A stretch of 64,000 nt of DNA, taken from NCBI GenBank assembly GCA_963845245.1, contig CAWJRJ010000011.1, positions 96,001 to 160,000 of the forward strand. Reading direction: 5' to 3'. Under the pieces are notes generated by a model, which was not told the origin of the DNA, did not search any database, and saw only the letters and a list, made by a program, of their open reading frames with translations. Positions 20,023 to 29,828 of the stretch are shown here, one piece after another (position 1 is the stretch's first letter; every line of letters starts with the position of its first letter). This DNA comes from Nitrospirota bacterium (GTDB lineage: Bacteria > Nitrospirota > JACRHJ01). Both the position numbers and the translations under genes were made by a program.

Positions 20023-21705
20023 TCAGGCGGCCTCCATATCCTTCTTTTTCCCCGCGACCGTGGTCTGACTGAGCGGCATGAGTAGCTTGAAAACCGTGCC
20101 TTCGCCTTCCCTGCTCTTCACGGTCACATTCCCCCCGTGCGCTTGCACGACCGCCTTGACGATGGCCAGTCCGAGCCCGGTCCCGGCCTCTTTCGCGCTC
20201 GCCTTCCTGCCCCTGAAAAACTTGTCGAATACGTGCGGGACGTCCTCCCTGGGAATGCCCAGACCGGTGTCCGCGACCTCTATCCGCATCATATCGGGAC
20301 TGTCTGAGGGCAGTACCGCGGTGACCCTGACCCTGCCGCATTCCTTGTTGTACTTGACCGCGTTGCAAACGAGGTTTGCGACCACGCGGGCAAACTGCGA
20401 ACGGTCCGCCTCGACGGGTGGCAGTTCTTCGGAGGCCTCAACTTCCACACGGATTTTATGCGCCAGCGCGTGGGCCTCGCTTTCTTTTACCGCCTGACGT
20501 ATGATTTCAGGGACTGATACCGGCTCGGGCCTCAGCTCCATCCTGGTCTCTGCCCTTGTAACCGAAAGCATGTCGCAAATTAGCTCGTATATCCTCCCCG
20601 ATGCCCGGTTGATGCTTTCGACCATCTCGAGGGAGTCCTTGTCCTCAAGCCGGCCTCCGAGCAGTTCGGCGTAACCGGAGATAATGGTTAGCGGGCCCTT
20701 GATGTCGTGGGTAAGCATGTGAAAAAGCCCGGTGCGCTCATCCTCAGCCCTCACCTGCTCCGTAATGTCGACCAGAGTGCCGATCACGGCGGGCCTGCCC
20801 TTATACGTGGTCCCCCACGCCGAGACCTCCACATAAAAAACACTGCCATCCTTTTTGAGCCCTCTGAACCTGGCATGCCCGTTGGTCTTCCCCCTCATTA
20901 TCCGTTCTATCATCCCCGAGGGTATATGCCTGTCCTCCGGGTGGGCAAGCTCATCAAGTATGCCGCCCGCCTGTATAAGCTCCTCGACGGTATAACCGAG
21001 TATCTCGGCAAGCTTGGGATTTGCATAAACAAACTGTCCATCCTGGAATATATAGGCCCCTGCAAGGGACTCCTCCACGAGGCTTCTGAACCGTTCCTCG
21101 GAGTCTTTTAGGCTCGCTTCCGTCTGCTTCCTTTTTATACCGACGGCGACCTCGTCGGCTATTGAGGCAAGAGTACCGAAAGTGGCCTCTGACATCGGGT
21201 TCTTGGAGAATACGGCCATTACGCCGAGCATCTCGTCCTCAACGACCAGCGGGTAGCCACCGTAAGACACTATGCCTACCCGCTTCACCCATTCCTTGTC
21301 GCTGATCTGCGGGTCGTGCATGGTGTCGTTGGTCAAAAGGGGCTTTCGCTCACGCGCGATTATGCCTATCTTGTAAGGGTAGCTGCTGTAAGATATCCGT
21401 CCGTGCGGGCCGTCAAGGTGGGTATAGATCCCCGCGCTTGCGTGGAGCACGAGCATGTCCTCCTCCCTCTTCAGCACCCATATCCTCGCAAAGGCCGCGT
21501 CCAGGTTATCCACAAGGGCCTGGGCACAGCCCTGAAGCATCTCGTACAGAGTGCCACCGAGGGTGAGCGCAGCTCCGATGTCCGCGCCGAGCGAGGCGTG
21601 CCTTATCCTGTCTGCAAGGTTGTCCTCAAATTGCTTGCAGTCGACACAATCCGGGGCGGCATCTCGCTGTCGCAGGGGTCTCTTATTGCCTGAACCAGTG
21701 TCCAT
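20023..21705 (-). CDS. Cytoplasmic GAF-PAS histidine kinase
   Basis: GAF (GYPLVVED..LGVMAVF), PAS (HPEDR, DITE), H-box THDIKGP, NAVKY, GTGLGL. Confidence 0.93.
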   Translation of the reverse strand: MDTGSGNKRPLRQRDAAPDCVDCKQFEDNLADRIRHASLGADIGAALTLGGTLYEMLQGCAQALVDNLDAAFARIWVLKREEDMLVLHASAGIYTHLDGPHGRISYSSYPYKIGIIARERKPLLTNDTMHDPQISDKEWVKRVGIVSYGGYPLVVEDEMLGVMAVFSKNPMSEATFGTLASIADEVAVGIKRKQTEASLKDSEERFRSLVEESLAGAYIFQDGQFVYANPKLAEILGYTVEELIQAGGILDELAHPEDRHIPSGMIERIMRGKTNGHARFRGLKKDGSVFYVEVSAWGTTYKGRPAVIGTLVDITEQVRAEDERTGLFHMLTHDIKGPLTIISGYAELLGGRLEDKDSLEMVESINRASGRIYELICDMLSVTRAETRMELRPEPVSVPEIIRQAVKESEAHALAHKIRVEVEASEELPPVEADRSQFARVVANLVCNAVKYNKECGRVRVTAVLPSDSPDMMRIEVADTGLGIPREDVPHVFDKFFRGRKASAKEAGTGLGLAIVKAVVQAHGGNVTVKSREGEGTVFKLLMPLSQTTVAGKKKDMEAA

Positions 21706-21802
21706 GGGTATATTGTACCATATTGGTCAGATATATGTGCACGAGACAATGGCGCAACAAAACATCCCCATGCCGCCTATCCCAATATTATGGACGGTCT
21801 GC

Positions 21803-22201
21803 TCAGCCCTTCAGACATGTCTTGTCAGGCTTGATCGCCAAATCTCCCGGGTCCGCCTCTCCTGTTACCAGGCTGCCCTGGACATATGATTCGCCTACCA
21901 GGTAGTCTACCCTGACCTCGCCGACCAGCCTCAGGCCAGAAAGGCCTTCGGATGACAGCCTTCCCTTCATGCCGGACTCTATCCTGTATACAGGGATGCT
22001 TTCACCCTTGCATACTGTTTCGATTCCGTCGGGTACAAACAGCCTTACGGTATCAAGTCTATTGGACATCACCGTAGCCGTGACCATGCCGGAGTCCAAT
22101 CCCGCAGACCTTGTCTTAATAGTGGCCGTATCGTTCGCATAAACCCCGGACGATAGTACGGGAACCGTGAGCAGCAATATCAGCATTAAAATCTTTTTCA
22201 T
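21803..22201 (-). CDS. Secreted two-Cys protein, paralog 2
   Basis: Signal peptide; CKGESIPVYR, LVGEVRV, GDLAIKPDKTCL; start at MKKIL after a GAGGTG RBS. Confidence 0.78.
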   Translation of the reverse strand: MKKILMLILLLTVPVLSSGVYANDTATIKTRSAGLDSGMVTATVMSNRLDTVRLFVPDGIETVCKGESIPVYRIESGMKGRLSSEGLSGLRLVGEVRVDYLVGESYVQGSLVTGEADPGDLAIKPDKTCLKG

Positions 22202-22331
22202 TTCATACACCTCATACTTTCTTGTCCATATATTAATTATAGCACCCGGATGGATATGCCCAAAATGCCGCAAAAAGGCCCGCCCCGTTTCCGGAAGCGG
22301 GCCAATAACCTTAAACGAGAAGGTGTCTACC

Positions 22332-22772
22332 TTACGAAGCAAGGCATGACTTGCTCGGCTTGGCAGCCACGTCGCCCTCGTTGGCGCCTCCGACAACCAG
22401 CTTGCCGAAAGCGTAATGGTCGCCAAAGTGTTTGAATATCTTGACCTCCCCTACTAGCTGCTTGTTCGCAAGGTCGGGGTCAGTGTTCATACTGTTAATA
22501 TACGTCGGCATGCGTTCGCCAGTCTTCTTTCCAGAATATAACGCCGGCGACCTGTAGATGGGGATATTTTCGCCCTTGCAGAGCGCAATATTGGCATCGG
22601 GGCTGTAAATACTGACGGTGTTCCCGGCCCTGTAAATGATTGACGCCCTGACATTCGGGGCGCTCCACAGCCTCTCATCCTTAGTGGTACCGGTCTTCGT
22701 CATGTTCGCGGATACCATGCCCGCGGACACTAGCCCTGATACCAGCAAAACCAGTACAAATACTCTTTTCAT
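22332..22772 (-). CDS. Secreted two-Cys protein, paralog 3
   Basis: Signal peptide; CKGENIPIYR, LVGEVKI, GDVAAKPSKSCL; RBS GGAGGTG. Confidence 0.78.
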   Translation of the reverse strand: MKRVFVLVLLVSGLVSAGMVSANMTKTGTTKDERLWSAPNVRASIIYRAGNTVSIYSPDANIALCKGENIPIYRSPALYSGKKTGERMPTYINSMNTDPDLANKQLVGEVKIFKHFGDHYAFGKLVVGGANEGDVAAKPSKSCLAS

Positions 22773-22952
22773 GTTAAACACCTCCAATTATCAAGAGCAG
22801 TGTGCTTATATATAAATTATAGCATCTGGCAAGCCCGGACGACGCGCAAAATTAAGCTTGTTTTTCTCACGGGAAGATGCTAATTTTCTTTGTAGCCGAT
22901 TGGCCTTGGTTTATAAAATTCCCTTATCACTTCATCAGCAACCGGAGACTAT

Positions 22953-23696
22953 ATGCAAACCTCAGCAAAACTCAGCCGATTTACCGTCCTTGTAGCCATC
23001 GCAACACTGGCTGTGGCCGTCTTGCTTTCCGCCTGCGGCAAGGCCGAGAAGAAGCCCCTTTCGTATTATGATTCCGAAGGCGAAAAGATGTACACTTCCG
23101 GAAACTACGAAGATGCGCGGAAGCTGATGACTGAGGCGATAGCAAACTACCCGCACGATGCGTCGGCGCACGTCATCCTGGGCAGGGTATATATAGAGCT
23201 GACCCAGAACGACAGGGCGCTGGCCGAGTTTAATTCTGCGATAGGCATAGACGCTAACATGGCTGCGGCATATGCCGGACGTGGTCTGGTGTTCAAAAAT
23301 ACCGGACGGCAGCAAGAGGCCCTAAGCGATTATGACCATGCCCTTTCGCTCGACCCGAACCTGGTCCTGGCACTGGTCGGCAAAGGCTCTATACTCAGGG
23401 AGATGGGCCGTTATGAAGAAGCCCTTGCTGCAGTGGACAAGGCATTGGGGCTTGAGCCTGACAACGCGGACCTATATTACAACAAGGGCAACATATACCT
23501 GTCGTCCGGCAAAGACGAGCAGGCGATCCCGCTGTACGACAAGGCGCTTGCACTGAAACCGGACAACTACCACGCTTACATAAACAAGGCGGCCGCGCTT
23601 GCACATTTGAAAAGAACTGACGAGGCGGCCGCATTATACAGGAAGGCACACGAACTGAACCCGAGCTTCGAGCCGCCCGACTGGGCAAAGAAGTAA
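22953..23696 (+). CDS. TPR-repeat lipoprotein
   Basis: Lipobox LSAC; about 6 TPR repeats. Confidence 0.88.
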   Translation: MQTSAKLSRFTVLVAIATLAVAVLLSACGKAEKKPLSYYDSEGEKMYTSGNYEDARKLMTEAIANYPHDASAHVILGRVYIELTQNDRALAEFNSAIGIDANMAAAYAGRGLVFKNTGRQQEALSDYDHALSLDPNLVLALVGKGSILREMGRYEEALAAVDKALGLEPDNADLYYNKGNIYLSSGKDEQAIPLYDKALALKPDNYHAYINKAAALAHLKRTDEAAALYRKAHELNPSFEPPDWAKK

Positions 23697-23706
23697 GCCT
23701 CAGGCC

Positions 23707-24174
23707 TCAGAAGTCCCCCGGCCTCTCTTTTGGCAGGGATGTCTCGTCAAACGGCAGGGCGCCAAGCTGAATCATTATGGACTCTACGCCGGATATCATC
23801 CAGGCAGGGTCATATTCATGGTCATAGACGGGTAATTCCTCGTTCACTGCCTCCTCGACCATTTCCTTAAACCGCAAGAACTCAAACCGGCCGTCGAGGA
23901 CGCCGGCTCTCACCAGGGCATCATGCAGCACCTGCTCGCTACCGATATCAATATTCTCAAACCTCTGGCGGTTCGCCGGGCTAAGCACATAGGCGCGCAT
24001 GGCGGAATAAAGCGCGTCGTATACCGTCTCGACACCGGAGCGCAGCTTCCCCTCCGAAAGCCGCCTCCTCCCGCTTCGCAGGTGGAGCCTCGCGCGGAAC
24101 AAGTCGGCCTCGTGTATCTCCATCTTAGACTCGTCTATATGGCCGAAATGCGGCATAACCCACCCCATGTACAA
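23707..24174 (-). CDS. Hypothetical protein with HEPN-like N-terminal helices
   Basis: ARLHLRSGRRRL.EG...G....YDALYSAMRAY resembles the HEPN helix pattern. Confidence 0.55.
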   Translation of the reverse strand: MYMGWVMPHFGHIDESKMEIHEADLFRARLHLRSGRRRLSEGKLRSGVETVYDALYSAMRAYVLSPANRQRFENIDIGSEQVLHDALVRAGVLDGRFEFLRFKEMVEEAVNEELPVYDHEYDPAWMISGVESIMIQLGALPFDETSLPKERPGDF

Positions 24175-24274
24175 AATACTCTGATGATAACATAACTATA
24201 ATCTATTTGTGAATAAATGGAAATCAAGTAATGGAGAATGCGCCCGAGGAACCTTGGTGGACGGCCCACGCGGT

Positions 24275-25540
24275 TTAGTCAACCACTACCCGGCTCCTGC
24301 CCTCGTCCTTTGCACGGTATAGCGCCCTGTCCACTCTTTGCAATAGGGCTTCCGAACCCTCATCGGCTTCGCTGTATACGCTTACCCCGATGCTGGCCGA
24401 GACTGTGATCTCGTTTGTGCCGTCTCCTACCTTCTCCGCCCTTATCACATCCAGTATCCTGTCCGCAAGTGTCGCCCCGTCTTCAAGCGGGGTCCTAGGC
24501 GAGATGATCAGGAACTCCTCACCGCCATACCGTCCGAAGACGTCGTACGCCCTAAGCCGGGCCTTTATCCGCTGCGCTACAGTCTTCAGCACCACGTCCC
24601 CGAAGGGATGTCCGTAGGTATCGTTTATCTTCTTGAAATGGTCCAGGTCGAGCATTATGGCGGTCATGGGGCTGCCCGTACGCTTCGCCATCTGGAACTC
24701 CTCGGCCAGCCTCTCCATGATGAAGCGTCTGTTCCGTGCTCCGGTCAGCTCGTCCGTGATAGAGACCTCCCTAAGCCGCTCCTGCATTGCGTCTAGCTTC
24801 CGCACCATGCTCGACGACATGGTGATAAGAGTGCCCAGCAGTAACAATAGGGTGAAGGCCGAATAGAATATCACCCTTGTTCTGCTCTCCTTAAGCTGTC
24901 GGCTTATCTCGTCGAACGGGATCGAGATGCTGATCCCTCCTCTTATGTCGCCAAGCTTGTAGTCCTTGTGACAGTTTAGGCAGCCCTGCTGTATATAAAG
25001 AGGCTTTATCAACCTGAAGAACATTTTGTCGCCTCGCGCCTCTATCTTCCAGGCCTCCTTAGCTCCCTGCTCGAAGCTGACCATTGCGGCCCGCTCGAAC
25101 GGGTCCGGCGCATTTTCCGGGTTGATAAGCCTCAGGCTCGTGATGCGGAACGTAGTCCCCTCCTCTTTTAGAGTAAGTGCCGATATCTCTTTTGTCATCA
25201 GCGCCGGGTTACGCAGCGTAAGGACACGGCCGTCTTTCGCGGTTATATCCGGCTCGATCCCAAGCTTTTTCAGGTATGGGTTAGATTCCATCCCTGGCTT
25301 CTTCAGGATATACACTCCGGAATGCAGCGCGTTCCACTCCCTTGCCTTAAGTATGAGGTCGAAATATGAAGCCGCCTCACCCTTTAGGGTCTGGATAATC
25401 ATGTTTCGGTTGCTGTAATAGATGCCGATGAAGATTGTTACAATGGATACGGAGATAATGATGCCAAGCATTATGATGAAGAACCGGACTGGCTTGAAGT
25501 ACTTCAGGAGGCTGATCCAGAAAACCCGTTTTTCCGTCAT
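24275..25540 (-). CDS. Diguanylate cyclase with a periplasmic DUF3365 c-type heme sensor domain
   Basis: Two TMs, CLNCH heme motif, DLDHFKKINDTYGH and RYGGEEF. Confidence 0.93.
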   Translation of the reverse strand: MTEKRVFWISLLKYFKPVRFFIIMLGIIISVSIVTIFIGIYYSNRNMIIQTLKGEAASYFDLILKAREWNALHSGVYILKKPGMESNPYLKKLGIEPDITAKDGRVLTLRNPALMTKEISALTLKEEGTTFRITSLRLINPENAPDPFERAAMVSFEQGAKEAWKIEARGDKMFFRLIKPLYIQQGCLNCHKDYKLGDIRGGISISIPFDEISRQLKESRTRVIFYSAFTLLLLLGTLITMSSSMVRKLDAMQERLREVSITDELTGARNRRFIMERLAEEFQMAKRTGSPMTAIMLDLDHFKKINDTYGHPFGDVVLKTVAQRIKARLRAYDVFGRYGGEEFLIISPRTPLEDGATLADRILDVIRAEKVGDGTNEITVSASIGVSVYSEADEGSEALLQRVDRALYRAKDEGRSRVVVD

Positions 25541-25695
25541 ATGGACCTTTGGGTTAGGTTTACTTCTCCGCGTATCGCACAGGAATATTATGCCTATAAC
25601 GATACCATCGCGATATGCGCCCGTCAAAAAGCATTTTCTGATATGATTATATATATTGGTTAACCGGATAAGTATGCATTAATACATAAAGATAT

Positions 25696-26019
25696 ATGCA
25701 CATGAAAGAGCTCCTAAAATTCTTAGGCTGGATGTTCACGGTATTCTACCTTTATCAGGCAAGCCTGAACCTACCCGAATACTTCTCGCCAAAATCGGTC
25801 ATGCCTTGCGTCACCCGTATCCTGGACTCGTACATCGTCTGGTTTATCTTCCCGATGAGCTTCATAATGGCGGGCATAGTCGTTGCGGATATCCGGGACC
25901 TGCAAAAGGACTTTTATGCCGGGTCGTCAAGGCTTTATATCATAGCGAGGGTTGCCTTTGGCTGCGCAGCGATAACCGCATCATCCATTGCGGCAGTCCG
26001 CATCATATCTGCGTGTTGA
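25696..26019 (+). CDS. Hypothetical membrane protein
   Basis: 107 aa with three hydrophobic segments. Confidence 0.5.
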   Translation: MHMKELLKFLGWMFTVFYLYQASLNLPEYFSPKSVMPCVTRILDSYIVWFIFPMSFIMAGIVVADIRDLQKDFYAGSSRLYIIARVAFGCAAITASSIAAVRIISAC

Positions 26020-26311
26020 GCTTATTCCTCCTGCCGCCTCCTCATCCGCATTCCAGGGGGACGAGTGGCTCCCGTCATATATTTCTGAGCAGGTCACAGC
26101 TGGCGTGCACCGTGTTACGCCTAAGTCCGTGCTCTAACGGCGCGTCCCCCTGAAGCCGGCGAGGTTTCCGTACCTCTTCAGATAACTCTTCTACTTAAAT
26201 AGACGCCAATCGGGGTCATCAGGTTACAGTTTTTGTTGACAGCCTGTATTTAAACAGGCTTTTATGCTATCATTAAATAAGAAGCATTATTAATTGTTGC
26301 AGGTGTTTACA

Positions 26312-26791
26312 ATGGAAAAGGCGACATTCGGAGCGGGGTGTTTCTGGCACGTCGAAGAGGCCTTCCGTCATTTATCCGGTGTGATATCCACCCAGGTGGG
26401 ATATTCCGGCGGTACGAAGGATAACCCGACCTACAGGGAGGTATGCACGGGGACCACGGGGCATGCGGAGTCGGTGGAACTGGTATACGACCCTTCAAAG
26501 ATCAGCTACGACAGGCTCCTCGAGGTCTTCTGGGATAATCATGACCCGACCACCCTGGACAGGCAGGGGCCGGATGTCGGCCACCAGTACCGCTCGGTCA
26601 TTTTTTACCACAACGAGGAACAACACAAAAAAGCGCTTGAATCGAAGGAGCGGCTGGAGAGGTCAGGCAGGAACAGGGGCCGGAAGGTCGTCACCGAGAT
26701 AGTGACGGCGGGGAAATTCTACAGGGCGGAGGAGTACCACCAGCAGTACTTCGAGAAACACGGGCTTACATCCTGCAAGGTAAGCCACTAA
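26312..26791 (+). CDS. msrA: Peptide-methionine (S)-S-oxide reductase
   Basis: GAGCFW, TGHAE, QYRSVIF and AEEYHQQY motifs. Confidence 0.97.
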   Translation: MEKATFGAGCFWHVEEAFRHLSGVISTQVGYSGGTKDNPTYREVCTGTTGHAESVELVYDPSKISYDRLLEVFWDNHDPTTLDRQGPDVGHQYRSVIFYHNEEQHKKALESKERLERSGRNRGRKVVTEIVTAGKFYRAEEYHQQYFEKHGLTSCKVSH

Positions 26792-26832
26792 TGGCCGTTC
26801 AGCCATCTGAAGGTAATTCAGAACTTATTAAT

Positions 26833-27915
26833 TTATTTGGCGGGCGGCGTTGTGTGCCGTGCGGCAGTGTAGTTCTCCATCCTCGCCGCCTTCTCTTCTT
26901 TTGCCAGAACCTGATACTGGTGGACGGCCCTGTTATGAGCGGCCAGGTTGTTCGAGAAGATGTGCGTACCGTCGTTTTTGGATACAAAGTAAATATAGTC
27001 CACGTCTGCGGGGTTAAGCGCCGCGATAATGGACTGCGCGCCCGGGTTGCATATCGGGCCTGGGGGGAGTCCCCTGTATACATATGTGTTGTAAGGGTCC
27101 TTGAACCGCAGGTTCTCCCTGGTCAGGTCGCCGAAGTACCTGCTATGCCTCTGAAGGGCGTATATGACGCATGGGTCACACTGGAGCGGTATCCCCTGTT
27201 TGAGGCGGTTGTGGAAGACGGCCGATATCAGCAGCCTCTCCGAGTCCACAGCCGACTCCTTCTCGATTAGCGAGGCCATGGTAACCGCCTGGAGTTCGGT
27301 CATACCTATCGCGGCCGCGCGTGCCTTCAGGCTGTCATTGAACACCGCATGGTACTTGGAGACCATCTGTTTTATCATGCCGTCGATGGTTATGCCCTTG
27401 GGGAAGAAATAGGTAGCGGGAAAGAGGTAACCCTCAAGCGTAGTCCCATCGAGCCCGAGGGACCGCACATAGACAGGGTCTTTGACCTTGGCCATGAAAT
27501 CTTCACGGGTCACAACCCCTGATTTTGATATGGCGTCAGCCACCTTCTCTATGTCGAACCCCTCCGGCAGAACCACCTGGTACTCTATTATCTTTCCTCG
27601 CCTTAGTATCTCTATGATGTCGAGCGGCTTCATTCCCGTGTTGAAAGAGTAGAAACCTGCCCTTATCTTGCGGGTGACCCCTTTCAGCTTGCCGAGTATT
27701 ATGAACGTGGTCATATCGGTTACGAGGCCGTTTTTCTTCAGCTCGGCCGCGACGGTGCGGAAGCTTGAGCCCTCGGGGATGAGGAGCTCCTTGTATTCCT
27801 TTGTGCCTGAAGCGGGGTTCATAATGAATAGGGCCGTGTGGATACCGACAACAAGCAAAAGCGCGCCGGTTATGAAAAATATGAACCTGAGTGTGACGTG
27901 TCGTTTGACGTTCAT
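26833..27915 (-). CDS. mltG: Endolytic transglycosylase MltG (YceG)
   Basis: LEGYLFPATY, ASLIEKE, VFHNRL, PYNTY..GLPPGPICNPG. Confidence 0.95.
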   Translation of the reverse strand: MNVKRHVTLRFIFFITGALLLVVGIHTALFIMNPASGTKEYKELLIPEGSSFRTVAAELKKNGLVTDMTTFIILGKLKGVTRKIRAGFYSFNTGMKPLDIIEILRRGKIIEYQVVLPEGFDIEKVADAISKSGVVTREDFMAKVKDPVYVRSLGLDGTTLEGYLFPATYFFPKGITIDGMIKQMVSKYHAVFNDSLKARAAAIGMTELQAVTMASLIEKESAVDSERLLISAVFHNRLKQGIPLQCDPCVIYALQRHSRYFGDLTRENLRFKDPYNTYVYRGLPPGPICNPGAQSIIAALNPADVDYIYFVSKNDGTHIFSNNLAAHNRAVHQYQVLAKEEKAARMENYTAARHTTPPAK

Positions 27916-28841
27916 AGGGTGCTCAATATGTCGAAGTTGACTTCGATCTTGGTCCGGGTCTTCAACTCTTCATGCCATCTGGCGAAAAGTTCATCACCCT
28001 TTATCAGGGTCAACCGCTTTATCACCTCGGCTTCGGCTTCACGGTAATCAGGCTCCTGTGCCTTGACGACCTCCTCCACCTTGAATATATGGTAGCCGTA
28101 CGGAGTCTTCACTATATCGCTCATCTTTCCCGGCTTCATCCTGAACATGACCGCTTCAAACTGGGGCGGCATCTCGCCCTTGGAGAAATAGCCCAGGTCT
28201 CCGCCTTTTGCGCTGTCGGGCGAGAGTGAGCGCGCCTTTGCGACTGCGGCAAAGTTCGCGCCTTTTTTCAACTCTTCCATAATATGCCTTGCGTCTTCCG
28301 GCCTGTCAACCACAATCTGCCTGGCCCTTATCCGCATTGGCTTGCGGAACTCACGCCTGTTCTTATCAAAGTAGGCCTTTGCCTCCTCAGCGCCCACCTT
28401 TATTTTGGAATAAACCTGTGTGCTCAGGAGCTTCTCAACGAGTATACGCCTTTCCAGGTCCTCTTTGAACTCGTCGATACCTATGTCTTCCTGCTTGATT
28501 GACTTTTTGAAGTCTCCGTTGAACTCTGACTCCACCTTCGCAAACCTGGCGTCAAGTTCGGCGCCGGGGACCTCTATCCCAAGCTTCCGGGCCTCCTGCA
28601 CGTACATCTCTTCGTCGATAAGCTGAGAGAGGAGGTCAAGCTTCGCCTCCTCGCCGCCGGATACCCCACCGGACAGGTTTGAGAACCCGAGCTTTAAAAA
28701 GCGCAGTTTTTCCTTGAACCTGGACACACTGACAGGGGCCTGGTTCACCCGTGCAAGCACGGGGGACTCAGGCCCCTTTTCTTTGGCTGGAGCGCATCCT
28801 GCAAGCAGGATAAACGCTAGTATTGCAAACCTTGCCTTCAT
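27912..28841 (-). CDS. Parvulin-type peptidyl-prolyl isomerase (SurA/PrsA-like lipoprotein)
   Basis: Lipobox LAGC; GGDLGYF and KTPYGYHIFK motifs. Confidence 0.9.
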   Translation of the reverse strand: MKARFAILAFILLAGCAPAKEKGPESPVLARVNQAPVSVSRFKEKLRFLKLGFSNLSGGVSGGEEAKLDLLSQLIDEEMYVQEARKLGIEVPGAELDARFAKVESEFNGDFKKSIKQEDIGIDEFKEDLERRILVEKLLSTQVYSKIKVGAEEAKAYFDKNRREFRKPMRIRARQIVVDRPEDARHIMEELKKGANFAAVAKARSLSPDSAKGGDLGYFSKGEMPPQFEAVMFRMKPGKMSDIVKTPYGYHIFKVEEVVKAQEPDYREAEAEVIKRLTLIKGDELFARWHEELKTRTKIEVNFDILSTL

Positions 28842-28867
28842 TGGAAGGTATATCTGGGAACTCCCAC

Positions 28868-29797
28868 TTATTTCGCCTGGGGCATCATGGCTGCCGGTGC
28901 CTCCGCCGAGGCGGAGAGGTCGATCTTTTTGAGGTTCTCGGTGTTGATGTTCACCTTTGCCTGTGCCTTGAGGTCCTTGACGATCGCCTCAAAGGCATCT
29001 TCCTTCTTCTTTTCGGCAACCTGAGCCTTGAGGGCATCCTTCATGGCGGCGAAGTCCGCGTCCGTGGCCGGCTTCTTCTCCGTGACCTTCATGATATGGT
29101 AACCGAACTGGCTTTGGACTATCCCGCTTGTCTCGCCCGGTTTCAGCTTGAAGGCAGCATCCTTGAGGCCGGCCGAGCCGAACTGCTCCCACTTTACCCA
29201 ACCGAGGTCTCCGCCGTTGTTCTTGGTCTTGGTGTCAAGAGAATACTGTTTAGCAAGGGCCTTGAAGTCGCCGCCGGCCTTGAGCTTGGCCAATATATCC
29301 TCTGCTTCCTTCTGTGAGGCGACCAGTATGTGGCTTATACGCACAGACCCCATGTCGGCCTTGTTCTTGTCAAAGTAGTCCTTTACGTCCTTGTCGGTGA
29401 CATTCGCCTTGTCCAGGACCTCTTTTTTAACGAAATAGCCGAGGAGCAGCGAGCTCTTTATCTGGTCCAGCCTTTTGGCTACTTCGGGTTCCTTCTCCAT
29501 GCCGAGGCTTTCCGCCTTCTGGACTATAAGGGCCTTGTCCACCAGGTTGTCCAGGAACTTTTGCCTGTTCTTCTCATCCACAAGGGACTTCACAGCCATC
29601 GGAGATAGACTTGCAGCCTCCGCCTTGAAATCCTCGGCAGTTATGTTTTTGCCGTTGACAACCGCGAGCACGGTGGATGTATCCGCCTTTGCGGCCTCGC
29701 CCGCTTTGCCTTCCTGGCCAGCCTTCTGTCCGCAGCCGGCAAAAAGGGCCGCTGCCATCGCTATTACAACTACCGTTTTCAGTCCCCTGGTAAACAT
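28868..29797 (-). CDS. Parvulin-type PPIase lipoprotein
   Basis: Lipobox FAGC; SHILV, GGDLGW and QFGYHIMK motifs. Confidence 0.9.
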   Translation of the reverse strand: MFTRGLKTVVVIAMAAALFAGCGQKAGQEGKAGEAAKADTSTVLAVVNGKNITAEDFKAEAASLSPMAVKSLVDEKNRQKFLDNLVDKALIVQKAESLGMEKEPEVAKRLDQIKSSLLLGYFVKKEVLDKANVTDKDVKDYFDKNKADMGSVRISHILVASQKEAEDILAKLKAGGDFKALAKQYSLDTKTKNNGGDLGWVKWEQFGSAGLKDAAFKLKPGETSGIVQSQFGYHIMKVTEKKPATDADFAAMKDALKAQVAEKKKEDAFEAIVKDLKAQAKVNINTENLKKIDLSASAEAPAAMMPQAK

Positions 29798-29828
29798 AAT
29801 CTGCTGGTTTCTCCCCTGGTCAAGATTG

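Noticed and set aside
26020..26220. Possible small frameshifted ORF on the minus strand
   Set aside because: No recognisable family or clean reading frame.
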